DNA of 64,000 bases from Octopus sinensis (taxonomy: Eukaryota), in assembly GCF_006345805.1 (NCBI RefSeq), contig NC_043010.1, positions 39,804,001 through 39,868,000 on the forward strand, written 5' to 3'. The position numbers and the translations under genes were made by a program. Shown piece after piece: positions 51,744 through 64,000 of the stretch (position 1 is the first letter of the stretch; each line of letters begins with the position of its first letter). Under the pieces are notes generated by a model that was given only the letters and a program-made list of their open reading frames with translations, had not been told where the DNA came from and made no database searches.

Positions 51744-52470
51744 TAGGGAACAAAAACATACAGAAATTTAGTCACATGTGGGCATGATCCGAAAAGCTCT
51801 GTCCTTGTATTTAGACATGTGGTAGGGTCTAAGCTGCTTTTCCAGATAAGCCATCTCTCCATGTCGCATAAACCGCACCTTCCGCTGCCGTTAGTATAGG
51901 GCTTACATCTGGCCAAAATCTTCCATTGTATGTTATAATCGACACCTTTATCTCTTAAAGACCAAATATGATTGGATAATTGTGTCGCTTTTCTTTTGTT
52001 CCAGTGCTAAAGCTCAAAGTGTGGTTATTGAACCTGGCCTTGAAATTACCTCTGTCAGGCCCACGTATTTCTTCGTCGAAACGTGGTCTTTAGTGGTTAT
52101 AGAGTTTACGGTAGCTTCATATATGATGGTCTTGGACATGCAAGCTCCATTTAGCGGGCACAATTCTTTATTCCTGCATGAACAGCTGTTTTCTTCTTGT
52201 GTTTTTTTTTGTATGTTATGATTGATTATGTTTTTAAATTTGGTAGTTGAACTAAAACTAATTTTTTAATTGTGTCTATTAAAGAGTTTCCTATAAGCAT
52301 GGTTAACTGGAAAATGTCTATCTATCAGTGCTAGGAAATATTTACCTATATTGAAGGCCACCTCGGGTGAGTAAGGGGGCGTAAACCAGATGACCTTCCT
52401 ATTTCTATTATTCCTTTTCCTTATTGTTGGGCTGGTGATAGGTTATATTTTATTTTTTTCGCTAAAACCA
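51744..52470 (-). pseudogene. PLE2 linker and GIY-YIG endonuclease remnant
   Basis: RKVIWFTPPYS...IDRHFP...CSCRNKELCPLNGAC...IIYEATV...YVGLTE/FKARFNNH...LSNHIWSL...WKILARCKPY...RCGLC...LNTRTEL..CPH. Two frameshifts and a stop. Confidence 0.9.
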
Positions 52471-52577
52471 CTATCTTTTAAAGCTTTATTATAAATAAGT
52501 ACGCAGGCAAAGCAGAGTTATAACAGAGTAATTTCCCTTCATTTTAACGGTATTTTTTCATAACGTTTTCAAAAGCC

Positions 52578-52638
52578 AGATAACGAAGAGATGGTGTGTG
52601 GATTTCCACTTCGGCATCTGAAACTCAGAGTTTTATCT
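52578..52638 (+). ncRNA. Inverted copy of the PLE2 hammerhead-like motif, core missing one C
   Basis: agauaa-CGAAGA-gaug...cauc-u-GAAA-cucaga-GUU-uuaucu. Confidence 0.45.
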
Positions 52639-52733
52639 TGACTACCGAGTAATGTAACATATTGTATAGATAAAATTTCCTCTGTTTACATAATATTGAG
52701 GTCTCTTTTTCTTTTGTTATCTTACCGTTTTAT

Positions 52734-52778
<45 letters not shown>

Positions 52779-53909
52779 CAGGCAGCGTAAAACCTAGCCC
52801 AAATTTTTCCTGTATTACATCTACTTGTTCAGGTATATCAGTCTAGTATGAAGTTGCTAACCATGTGGTATTGATAAATGATTCGTATTAAAGTTGAAAA
52901 TTCCTCAAGTATTGTTTATAGAATTATTATATTTCTCATATAGCGAAACAAGTAGCTGGCAAATAACAGGCAGTTTTTTACATTTTTATCTAACATGGGC
53001 AGCATTGTGATACATATTTACAAAGGAAACATGTGTAATGTTGAATTCTCAATCAATAATGCCAAACATATTTTCTGGGTTTTTTTTATATGTGTGCGTG
53101 CGTGTGTATGAGTAGGTGTGTGTATGTGTGTCTATGTATGTGTGTATGTATGTATGTATGTATGTATGTATGCGTAGATATATTGACTGGCTATGTCCAA
53201 ACACAAGTGCACAGAAAATGTTTGGCATAGTTCCGAGCCACAGAGCTGTCTCATGGTCTGCTGGCGGAGACAGCGATTTACATCTCAGAAACAGAAATGC
53301 GAAAATATACAAGATGATGTAGTGTTAGATAAAAAGAAAAACATATGAAATTAGAAGCCTTGCAGTCACACATCTTTCTAAATCAAAGCCATCATTTGGC
53401 ATTACCAAATCTGCAAAACATCATTATCCTTACACATAGGCACACTCACACGTTCGCACACACAAACACGCCTGCGTGCGCCTGTGTGTGTTTATGCCTG
53501 TGTGTGTTTATGCCTGTGTGTGTTTATGCCTGTGTGGGAAATCACGAATACGTTACAGTTAAAGAATCTTACGAATGATTAAATGATATTTACGCGAGAA
53601 CAAAACATCAAACGTCAAAATAACCCTTGGCAATAATTAATTATCTTAAATCAAAAACCGTTTCAAATCAAATGTGTAGATGTCTTCAAATTTTTTTTTT
53701 TTTCCGCCGGTCACAAAGTTATTTCTTGATGTCTTCTGAATTTCCATTAATTAACAAAACGAACGTCAAGCGCAACAGTCGTAATTTTGCTAAGAAGCGA
53801 AAAAGCCTCTGATTGACTTGTAGAGATGAATCGCGACCTATCGGTATACACGACGGTGCATGTATATTTATATGTATATATAAACACACATGTGCATATG
53901 TGTATATGT

Positions 53910-53940
<31 letters not shown>

Positions 53941-53975
53941 ATTTATATATATGTATATGTATACACATATATGCA

Positions 53976-54006
<31 letters not shown>

Positions 54007-54101
54007 TGATACACCATATATGTATATATATATATATACGTATATGTTATACACATTACTGCATATATATATATATATAATATATTATATATACACATAT
54101 A

Positions 54102-54155
<54 letters not shown>

Positions 54156-54363
54156 TATATGCATATATAATAATATATATATATATATATAATATATATA
54201 TGTAGGTATAATTTAAGACAATCAGTACGTTGTCATTATAGTACTCGGATCATTTTATATGTATAAATGTATGTATATGTATATACATATGTATATATAT
54301 TTGTGTATAAGAGCGCGTTTGTTAGTATATATGTATGTATATACACACACATTCACCTGCGTG

Positions 54364-54394
<31 letters not shown>

Positions 54395-55293
54395 TTGTGT
54401 ATCTGTGGTGTGTGTGTATGCAATCTATATATGTATGTCTGTACTGGGGACTATGAAACATCATTAGAACATTTCTGTTCCCGTTTACTCTGCTCATCAT
54501 TAAGTATGTCTCTCTCTTTATATTTTCGTTTTATGTACAAATTGCCTAAAGCTATGGAGACGTCTAGACACTCTTTACGTTTTGTTGTCGATAAAATAGC
54601 TATTATTATTATTAAGTACATGCCGCGTAAAGTTAGTAGTGTTATGATTACATCTTATTCGACCATGCATATTTGTTCTAACTACAAGCATGTTTGGTAG
54701 AGGAGAAAATCATTTTCTTAAAAAATTGTGAAATGAAACGATTGCTTCTACTTCTAGCATTTCTAACGGTGGCTGTGTAGCTATTTTGTCGTCAGTCGCT
54801 CAAAGTTAATCCAACGTCTTCACGCTGGGAAAGGGAGACTTTGTCTCGATTAAAAGTTATTTCTGATGAAAGGGAACTTGTTTCTTTTTCATAAAGTTGA
54901 GGAGAATCAGGAAATATTTCTATTTTATTTGATTGATGGTGCGGTTATTATCCGATTTTAAATGCCTTTCTTAAATCTAAACTACATTCATCAACAAGCA
55001 AAACACACTCTTAATTATATATTTAACGAATCAAACGCACACACACTCACACAAACATATGTAAGCGGTATTTCATTTCATTACTGTAGTATACAATAAA
55101 ACATATCTATCTACACAGTAATAATGAGTGTAAGTACTGCCTCTATAAAGATCAGTTCTACACTTCATAACAGCAATGAAACGAAAAAACTGTTAACATT
55201 CCGGCAATGTATTATTTGATCTACCGACCAATAAACTATTAAAGAAGCGAATTCTTGTATCACGTTTACATTGGGTACTAAAACCAACGTGTT

Positions 55294-55514
55294 TATGAGG
55301 GGATGCTGAAAGGTTCCTGGCTTTGGGCAAAAGAAATCAGAGAAACACCAGTTAATTCTGATTTTATTCAACATATTTCCCTCTCAGATTCATTCACTTC
55401 TTGCAGCAGTCCTTCTGTTTGTTCAGCCCTGTTAAACAACTCAGAAGGTTGAGTCTCCAGCCAGGCATTTCAGGAGAACCTTCAAGCGAGGAACTTTTTC
55501 AGCACACCTTCATA
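55294..55514. mobile_element. mariner-type MITE
   Basis: Terminal inverted repeats TAtgaggggatgctgaaaggttcc and ggaactttttcagcacaccttcaTA. Confidence 0.7.
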
Positions 55515-55829
55515 TAAGCAATGTGTTTTGTGGATAGCCAAGCAAGGTTCACAGATACGGACTAACATTCAAAATGTCCAGTTGAAATGTGCGGCATGTA
55601 AGGTTCTTCCTTCATTTTCTGTCGGTGAATATATTGTCAATAAGGAAGAAATGTTTACATGCTCCTCCACCACAAACTTGAGTTCATTCGCACTGCGAAG
55701 CAGCCTGGTCAAGTGTTTTCTACTGAAGCCTCGGAGCGACCTAAAGCTTTTCAGCATATTTAGCGGATGGAAACTGAAAGAAGCTCGTCGTATAAATGGG
55801 TTTGTATATAATATATATATATATATATA

Positions 55830-56280
55830 TAGTTCAAATTTATAGAAAAACAGGAAGACAAATGTAGCAAAAACAAACAAGGGTATTTGTTTGACACTCG
55901 GGAAAATGGAAAAGTCTTTTACGTTTCCAGCTTACACTCTGCGACAGAAAGGAATAAGAGAAAATAGATAAAGAATGAAAAGCATGTACTGAGTTCAGTG
56001 GTCCACACACACAAGCACACACTCACACACACAAACGCACACACACACACACACAACACACACAAACACACACGCGCGCGTATGTGTGTGTATATGTGTG
56101 GGCCACTCAACTCAACATGTTTTATTTCATTCTCTCTTTATCGCCTCTTATTATTTTGCGTGGAAGAGCGTAATCTCAAAACGTAAAAGACTTTTCCATT
56201 TTCCAGAGCGTCAAACTAAGAAACTTGCTTGTTGTTCTTACACCTGTCTTCGTCTTTGTTTTGCTATAAATTGGAAGATA
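55830..56280. mobile_element. Family G inverted pair around a (CA)n tract, with outer ends in (TA)n
   Basis: 55830-56010 is a diverged inverse of 56095-56280. Confidence 0.7.
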
Positions 56281-57026
56281 TATATATAGACATAGATATA
56301 GATTTATATAAATATATACACATATATATGTGTGTGTGTGTGTGTGTGTGTTTTGTGTGAGAAAGCGCACGCATACGTCATTGTATTTGTGTTGTGCCTC
56401 CCACAATCACTTGACAACCGCTGTTGGTTTGTATACATACTGGCAAAGTAGCGGTTCGGCCAAAATAACGATAAAATAGAAACCAGGCTTTCAAAAACTC
56501 AAGATATGGGGCTGGATTTGCTCGACTGAAGCCTACGAAGCTGTGCCCGAGAATGACCGCTGTGATAGGTCTGAAAGACGTAACACTTGAAGGAAACAAA
56601 GATTAAAAAAAGCCCATAGTGTATTACAAGTGTGTGTGTGTGTACGCGTTTATTAAATTATGCTGACTTGTTGAAAGAGTTTGTAAGGAAAATTCGAAGT
56701 CCTAATCAACTCCAAACCAATACACTTTATTCTACTAACTGCATAGAATCCCACCCTTAGCAAATAATATTTTGTTATATGTTACCAGTCGATCAATAAC
56801 ACTACATTATTTATATATACATGCACCAAACACACACATAAGTATACGTACGTGTGAATGTATATATATATATATATATTATATATGTGTGTGTATGTGT
56901 GTGTGTGTGTGTGCGCGTGTGTGTGTGTGTGTGTGCGTGTATGTGTATGTATGTATGTATTTATGTATATAACACTATTTATGAACTGTTATTGAATCAC
57001 CACCTATATATGTGCCTTTTTAAGTG

Positions 57027-57064
<38 letters not shown>

Positions 57065-57179
57065 AATCAAGGAACGCCATAATAGGCCATTCACCACTAG
57101 AAATAACAGCGAAAAGCTTCAACCGCAAAATAACATCAATTCCGTAAACCAGGAGAAAATTAAAAAACATTACCCTGTA

Positions 57180-57286
57180 ATTTCTTATACGATGCACCGT
57201 TTCATCTACTGTTTAATGGTAAACTAACCTGATTAAATTAAATCAAGCCAATCTACCATAGGCCCTTAGATTCATCAGTAAGAAAT
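57180..57286 (-). ncRNA. Type I hammerhead ribozyme (family A, intact core)
   Basis: auuucuua-CUGAUGA-aucua[long hairpin]uagau-GAAA-cggugcaucg-UA-uaagaaau. Stem I is 8 bp and stem III is near-palindromic. Confidence 0.85.
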
Positions 57287-57664
57287 AGCCAAGTCGGAAC
57301 AGATATTTTTCACGAGGCATTCCCGTCCCTGCCTCGGCAATATCTGACCTAAAATTTTCAAATCATCGCACTCGCGCCAAATTTATCGGCAGCAAATAAA
57401 TATAAGCCGCCGATTCCATTACGGAATTAACCAGAAAAGTTCATAATTAATCAATATAGGGTGGCAAAAATTTTGTAGAATTTTTTTGCCAAGCGGCCTA
57501 GTGGAAAAAATTAAATAGTCATAGACCATTTTAAAGTTCAACATCACAATCAAGGAACGCCACAATAGGCCATTCACCCACTAGAAATAACAGCCAAAAG
57601 CTTCAACCGCAAAATAACATCAATTCCGTAAACCAGGAGAAAATTAAAAAACATTTACCCTGTA

Positions 57665-57770
57665 ATTTCTTATACGATGCACCGTTTCATCTACTGTTTA
57701 ATGGTAAACTAACCTGATTAATTAAATCAAGCCAATCTACCATAGGCCCTTAGATTCATCATTAAGAAAT
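57665..57770 (-). ncRNA. Family A hammerhead, second copy, with a C3A core change
   Basis: Same fold, but the core reads AUGAUGA (plus-strand g>t at 57762). Confidence 0.7.
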
Positions 57771-58432
57771 AGCCAAGTCGGAACAGATATTTTTCACGAG
57801 GCATTCCCGTCCCTGCCTCGGCAATATCTGACCTAAAATTTTCAAATCATCGAACTCGCGCCAATTTTATCGGCAGCAATAAATATAAGCCGCCGATTCC
57901 ATTACGGAATTAACCAGAAATTCATAATTAATCATATAGGGTGGCAAAAAATTTTGTAGAATTTTTTTGCCACCAGGGCCTAGTGGGAAAAGAATTAAAT
58001 CGTCATAGGCCATTTTAAAGTTCAACATCACAATCAAGGAACGGCCATAATAGGCCATTCACCCACTAGAAATAACAGCCAAAAGCTTCAACCGCAAAAT
58101 GTATTCTAAATTTCTATGTCAACTAGTTAAGATACAATATTTTACAATGTTTAGTGCTTAACTTACTGCTATTTAGACGAGAAAATTGAGTATATGTCTC
58201 CTGAGAATGCGTGACAGGCCATAAAAGCGTTTGTTGTTATATCATTTACTCACTGGGATAATTAAAATCATATCAGTAATTGACTAACAACTGTCTGTTC
58301 AAGGACACAATGATTTTAAAGTTGTCTTTTAAGGCGATTTGCTTTAAATATTTTAACACTTAATGAAACTTTAATGCTAGAATTTAAATTTTGTGTTAAC
58401 CGTTTCTTAGAAGGAAATATCTTCAAATCTGC

Positions 58433-58466
<34 letters not shown>

Positions 58467-58867
58467 AGACGAATCACAGTCATCTTCTTACATCCTACTG
58501 TTTTACAGAAAAGTCAAATTAGATATTGTAGTTTTAGATGATGGAACGTTTTCAATCTTCATAGGTTTGCACAATCAGCGTTGACTTCTGACTGGACAAC
58601 GATCACTCAATCTCCGGTAATATATTAAGACAAAATATAATGAAAATTAGACGAGAAATGTCGATTTAATTCGCTTAGGAGGCAATATACTTAGACGCTC
58701 TCCAATTGAGGGGCACAAATGTTGTATGTAATCTATCTTGATAAGCTCGCGATCATATTTGATTTCATATGAAAATGCAGTGAAATAATATATTTTATCT
58801 GAAGGGATGAATCGGATACATCACTTAAGTTAATAATCAGCTAATTGTTTCAGAAATATTCGTAAAA

Positions 58868-59245
58868 GGAGTGGCTGTGTGGTAAGTAGCTTGCTTACCA
58901 ACCACATGGTTCCGGGTTCAGTCCCACTGCGTGGCACCTTGGGCAAGTGTCTTCTTCTATAGACTCGGGCCGACCAAAGCCTTGTGAGTAGATTTGGTAG
59001 ATGGAAACTGAAAGAAGCCCGTCGTATATATGTATGTGTATGTGTCTGTGTTTGTCCCATCCAACATCGCTTGACAACCGATGCTGGTGTGTTTATGTCC
59101 CCGTCACTTAGCGGTTCGGCAAAAGAAACCGATAGAATAAGTACTGGGCTTACAAAGAATAAGTCCCGGGGTCGAGTTGCTCGATTAAAGGCGGTGCTCC
59201 AGCATGGCCGCAGTCAAATGACTGAAACAAGTAAAAGAAAAAGAA
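58868..59245 (+). mobile_element. SINE group 3, near full length
   Basis: tRNA-like head ggagtggctgtgtggtaag...ccgggttcagtccc; ends gactgaaacaagtaaaagaaaaag. Confidence 0.9.
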
Positions 59246-60023
59246 GAAAAAAATTGAGTTAAAAACTTACGCTTAAGAAATTATTAGAACATTAACGAAG
59301 AAGTAGATATAAAATTAACGGCAGCAAGCATTTATGTAACCAGAGGAATGAAAAATGAAAAAGCATTTATTGAACACTAGAAAACGTGAAATTCTCAGAT
59401 GATTTTATAAGTAGGCATAATAACATCGAAATGCATCTGATGTTTTCACCAACTGACTTGAAGAAAAGAACACGAGCACTACCTTTTATAGATATTCCAA
59501 AATTTCAATTCAGAAACTTTATTTGAGTCATTTCCCTCGCTACTTTTAGCTTTTAATATTCCTAGAATGAGATTTGTGTAATAATATTGAAAATTTCAGC
59601 TGACAGACATGTTATTTTGTAATTTGAGATCACCAGACACAGAGAAGATTTCCCCTCATAATTTCAGGAAATTTCATTCTGTTTTGTATAGATTAATTGA
59701 CATTTAGCCCCAGCTAAAATCTTACTATTTTAATCTATATCCAGAATTCATCCAAACAGAAGCATAACGTCATTATTTCAGAGTACATTTTTCTTTTAGA
59801 GTATTCCATTCTCTGAGACGGTAGAGTATGATTCATGGCAGTTCATTTGGGTCCATAAAAAAATGTGCTATTTGTTATTCACGTACACGTATGTCTTGTT
59901 TACATGCACCGTGCTATCGCTAATAATTGCGTAGGTGCCTATTTAGTTGCCAGCAGACATATAGATCCCCGAGTCTCTCCCACATTTTGACAAAGCGACA
60001 AATCGAGAATGTGATAGCTGACA

Positions 60024-60056
<33 letters not shown>

Positions 60057-60065
60057 ACCGATATG

Positions 60066-60662
60066 TTAAGGTGGCGAGCTGGCAGAAACGTTAGCACGCC
60101 GGGCTAATGGCTTAGCGGTATTTCGTCTGCCGTTATGTTCTGAGTTCAAATTCCGCCGAGGTCGACTTTGCCTTTCATCCTTTCGGAGTCGATTAAATAA
60201 GTACCACTTACGCACTGGGGTCGATATAATCAACATAATCCGTTTGTCTGTTTGTCTGCCCTTGCTTGTCCCCTCTGTGTTTAGCCCCTTGTGGGTAGTA
60301 AAGAAATAGGTATTTCGTCTGCCGCTACGTTCTGAGTTAAAATTCTGCCGAGGTCGACTTTGCTGTTCATCCTTTCGGGGTAGATAAATTAAGTACCAGT
60401 TACGCACTGGGGTCGATATATTCGACTTAAACCGTTTGCCTGTCCTTGTTTGTCCCCTCTATGTTTAGCACCTCGTGGGTAATAAAGAAATAAGAAACGT
60501 TAGCTCGCCGGGAGTAATGCTTAGCAGTATTTCGTCTGTCTTTATGTTCTGAAATTCTGAGTTCGATATCGACTTTGCCTTTCATCCTTTCAGGGTCGAT
60601 AAATTAAGTACCTGTTGTGACTGGTCCCCTCCTTCAAATTTTGGTCCATGTGCCCAGAGTAG
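60066..60662 (+). mobile_element. SINE group 2 in three tandem, partly truncated copies
   Basis: gtatttcgtctg...gttctgag...gtcgactttgc.tt.catcctttc.gggt recurs at about 60119, 60310 and 60528. Confidence 0.85.
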
Positions 60663-60667
60663 AAGAG

Positions 60668-61187
<520 letters not shown>

Positions 61188-61462
61188 CAAATTGAGGGTA
61201 AAATTAATTAATTATTAATCAATTTCACCAAGTATTCAGTATGCAAAGGGACATTTAAGGCGAATTCAAATTATACATTATATAAAAGGGCTTAGTAAAA
61301 TAAATTACTTTGCCACATACTGACTCATTAGAAATAGTAGCTAAAAAAACTTTTTTAAAACTATTTCTAATACTTAAAGAAAATCTCTCTCATATAGTGT
61401 TGTCAATTCAACTCACGAAAGTATGGGGTAAAGACATTAAAAAATCAAATGCCAAGGTTATT

Positions 61463-61514
61463 TGAGAACGTACGTTTCTAGATTAGTCAACTCGACATTT
61501 CTATCATCAGCTCA
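61463..61514 (-). ncRNA. Minimal type I hammerhead ribozyme (family B)
   Basis: ugag-CUGAUGA-uaga..guc(gaguu)gac..ucua-GAAA-C-GUAC-G-UU-cuca. Confidence 0.8.
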
Positions 61515-62133
61515 GAACTCCTTGTTTGGATTTGAAAACACTGAAAGTGGGAGCATACCCTTTCGGCTTCTTATCGCTTCTGAAGATCTGCTCGAAACTA
61601 ACAGTGCCAGCAAACTCAAAATATGCAAGCGAAGAATTCTGGCTCTCCCCTCCCTTTCCACCAGCGTGGGTTAAAATCAGTAAACACTATGCTTTTTCGG
61701 TAAAATCCGAAGCATTAAATATAGAGAGATGAATTATAATTTCAACAATTGAGGGTAAAATTAATTAATTATTAATCAATTTCACCAAGTATTCAGTATG
61801 CAAAGGGACCATTTAAGGCGAATTCAAATTATTACATTATATAAAAGGGCTTAGTAAAATAATAAATTACTTTGCCACATACTGAACTCATTAGAATAGT
61901 AGTAGCTAAAAAAACTTTTTTAAAACTATTTCTAATACTTAAAGAAAATCTCTCCGAAAAAGCATAGTGTTTACTGATTTTAACCCACGCCGGTGGAAAG
62001 GGGAGAGCAGAAATTCTTCGCTTGCATATTTTGAGTTGCTGGCACTGTTTGTCGAGCAGATCTTCAGAAGCAATAAGAAGCCGAAAGGGTATGCTCCCAC
62101 TTTCAGTGTTTTCAAATCCAAACCAAGGAGTTC

Positions 62134-62185
62134 TGAGCTGATGATAGAAATGTCGAGTTGACTAATCTAGAAACGTACGTTCTCA
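62134..62185 (+). ncRNA. Minimal type I hammerhead ribozyme (family B)
   Basis: Same motif on the plus strand; predicted cleavage after 62181. Confidence 0.8.
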
Positions 62186-62696
62186 AATAACCTTTGCATT
62201 GATTTTTTAATGTCTTTACCCCCATACTTTCGTGAGTTGAATTGAGCAAACACTATATGAGAGAGATTTTCTTTAAGTATTAGAAATAGTTTTTAAAAAG
62301 TTTTTTTAGCTACTATTTCTAATGAGTTCAGTATGTGGCAAAGTAATTTATTTATTTTACTAAGCCCTTTTATATAATGTAATAATTTGAATTCGCCTTA
62401 AATGGTCCCTTTGCATACTGAATACTTGGTGAAATTGATTAATAATTAATTAATTTTACCCTCAATTGTTGAAATTATAATTCATCTCTCTCTATTTAAT
62501 GTTTCGGATTTTACCGAAAAAGCATAGTGTTTACTGATTTTAACCCACGCTGGTGGAAAGGGAGAGCAGAGAAATTCTTCGCTTGCATATTTTGAGTTGC
62601 TGGCACTGTTAGTTTCGAGCAGATCTTCAGAAGCGATAAGAAGCCGAAAGGGTATGCTCCCACTTTCAGTGTTTTCAAATCCAAACCAAGGAGTTC

Positions 62697-62748
62697 TGAG
62701 CTGATGATAGAAATGTCGAGTTGACTAATCTAGAAACGTACGTTCTCA
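62697..62748 (+). ncRNA. Minimal type I hammerhead ribozyme (family B)
   Basis: Same motif; predicted cleavage after 62744. Confidence 0.8.
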
Positions 62749-62986
62749 AATAACCTTTGCAATTGATTTTTTAATGTCTTTACCCCCATACTTTCGTGAG
62801 TTGAATTGAGCAAACACTATATGAGTGAGATTTTCTTTAAGTATTAGAAATAGTTTTTAAAAATTTTTTTAGCTACTATTTCTAATGAGTTCAGTATGTG
62901 GCAAAGTAATTTATTTTACTAAGCCCTTTTATATAATATATATATATATATATATAAATATATAATATATAAATATATATAAATAT

Positions 62987-63030
<44 letters not shown>

Positions 63031-63047
63031 TATATATATTATATATA

Positions 63048-63103
<56 letters not shown>

Positions 63104-63119
63104 ATTATATATATATATG

Positions 63120-63440
63120 CGTATGTGTGTGCCTGTGTATGCTTGTTTGTATAGTGACCATGTAGAAATCCACTGCCTGTCTGAGGCTTTGTTTAATGTT
63201 TGTTGGTGACTATGTGAAAAGATTATCGTCATAGTTTTAAATTGCAATAAGTTTCTTCTTGATGCCCTATGTTCTTTATAACAGAATCTGAATATGCATG
63301 TGTCATCGCACGACTCTCACATCTCCCTGATATCTTAGATACGACCCCTATTGTGTACATCCAGAAACTCAACTCTAATGGACCTTTCTTCATTTCTTCA
63401 CAATCCTTTCTTCAACGACTGTTGAAATATCCTTGTTAAA
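63120..63440 (-). pseudogene. Possible degenerate LINE reverse-transcriptase fragment
   Basis: Weak resemblance on the minus strand to the FLD...KAFD to G(I/V)RQG region. Heavily frameshifted. Confidence 0.35.
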
Positions 63441-64000
63441 CAGATTGTCTTTTGTGTGAAAGGTGTTGCTGAACATAATTATATTCTTAATAAAGACTAG
63501 AATTTATTCTATGACGTTTACTTATTGGAATCAAATACCGAATTTACCGTTTGAATTTGTTTCTCAGTGGTCGAGACGATACCATAATTATAAGGAATTT
63601 AGGCTCTTGAGGGGACAACAAATGATAAGTTTGAATATACGGGCCATGAGATGCTCCACTAGAATATTTCAATATTTCTGGAAGTCGACGGCAAATTTCT
63701 ATGCTGGATACCGATGTTGTATCTACGCAGTTGATTTAATAATACGCTACAAACTAATAAACTGTCTGCCTACGATGTGCAGCTTGGATGGATTCGCTGC
63801 GAAAATTTTATATATAAGGATATATAAAGATTTAATATAAACTATACTGAATATCTTATAACACGTCATTAACTTGAATTGTTGAAACTTTATATTCTTC
63901 TGATAATAGTACACGTATATAGTTTTAAATTTGACGGATGAGAATCTCATAATATTTAATGAAAATATCTCTGTATTTTAATAAAATGACTGAATGTCCA

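Larger units (their letters stand above)
51367..52670 (-). mobile_element. 5'-truncated Penelope-like element 2 with an inverted terminal repeat
   Basis: Linker and endonuclease on the minus strand. 51367-51542 is mirrored by 52495-52670. The left end abuts (TA)n. A 78-bp tandem duplication lies at 51482/51560. Confidence 0.9.
57061..58099 (-). mobile_element. Family A: 2.15 tandem copies of a 484-bp hammerhead-containing unit, abutting (TA)n
   Basis: tcacaatcaaggaacg recurs at 57061, 57545 and 58028. Confidence 0.95.
61190..62937. mobile_element. Family B array: about 1.4 units in one orientation joined to about 1.75 units inverted, between (TA)n tracts
   Basis: The period is 557-563 bp. 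Orientation switches at 61954 (aaatctctc|cgaaaaagcatag). Confidence 0.95.

Noticed and set aside
57061-58099. Family A as a Helitron (TC start, gtggcaaaaa...tttttgccac hairpin then CTAG)
   Set aside because: CTAG is not at the unit end (about 45 bp follow). The intact hammerhead and the inverted relic at 347 fit a PLE-type RNA better. Not fully excluded.

Overview
This is eukaryotic, very AT-rich DNA full of microsatellites. Its tRNA-derived SINE families match ones I recognise from Octopus genomes (from memory, not a search). No host protein-coding gene is confidently supported, and most ORFs in the track are translations of (TA)n/(CA)n/(TACA)n tracts. Ordinary repeats include three SINE groups, non-autonomous Helitron/Helentron copies, mariner/Tc1 relics and RTE/CR1 LINE fragments. 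The main signal is a Penelope-like element (PLE)/hammerhead ribozyme system. Two decayed PLEs (RT and/or GIY-YIG remnants) carry hammerhead or hammerhead-like motifs in their terminal repeats. Several unrelated non-coding repeat units of about 280-560 bp also contain a type I hammerhead, and most sit in (TA)n tracts as tandem multimers and/or fold-backs. By manual folding I find 7 motifs with intact CUGAUGA/GAAA cores, 5 single-change variants and 3 strongly divergent look-alikes. At least 8 insertions share one geometry: two arms diverging from a junction, with 3' ends usually in (TA)n. This suggests retrozyme-like circular or multimeric RNAs copied by PLE reverse transcriptase into TA microsatellites. 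Activity, expression and novelty are untested.
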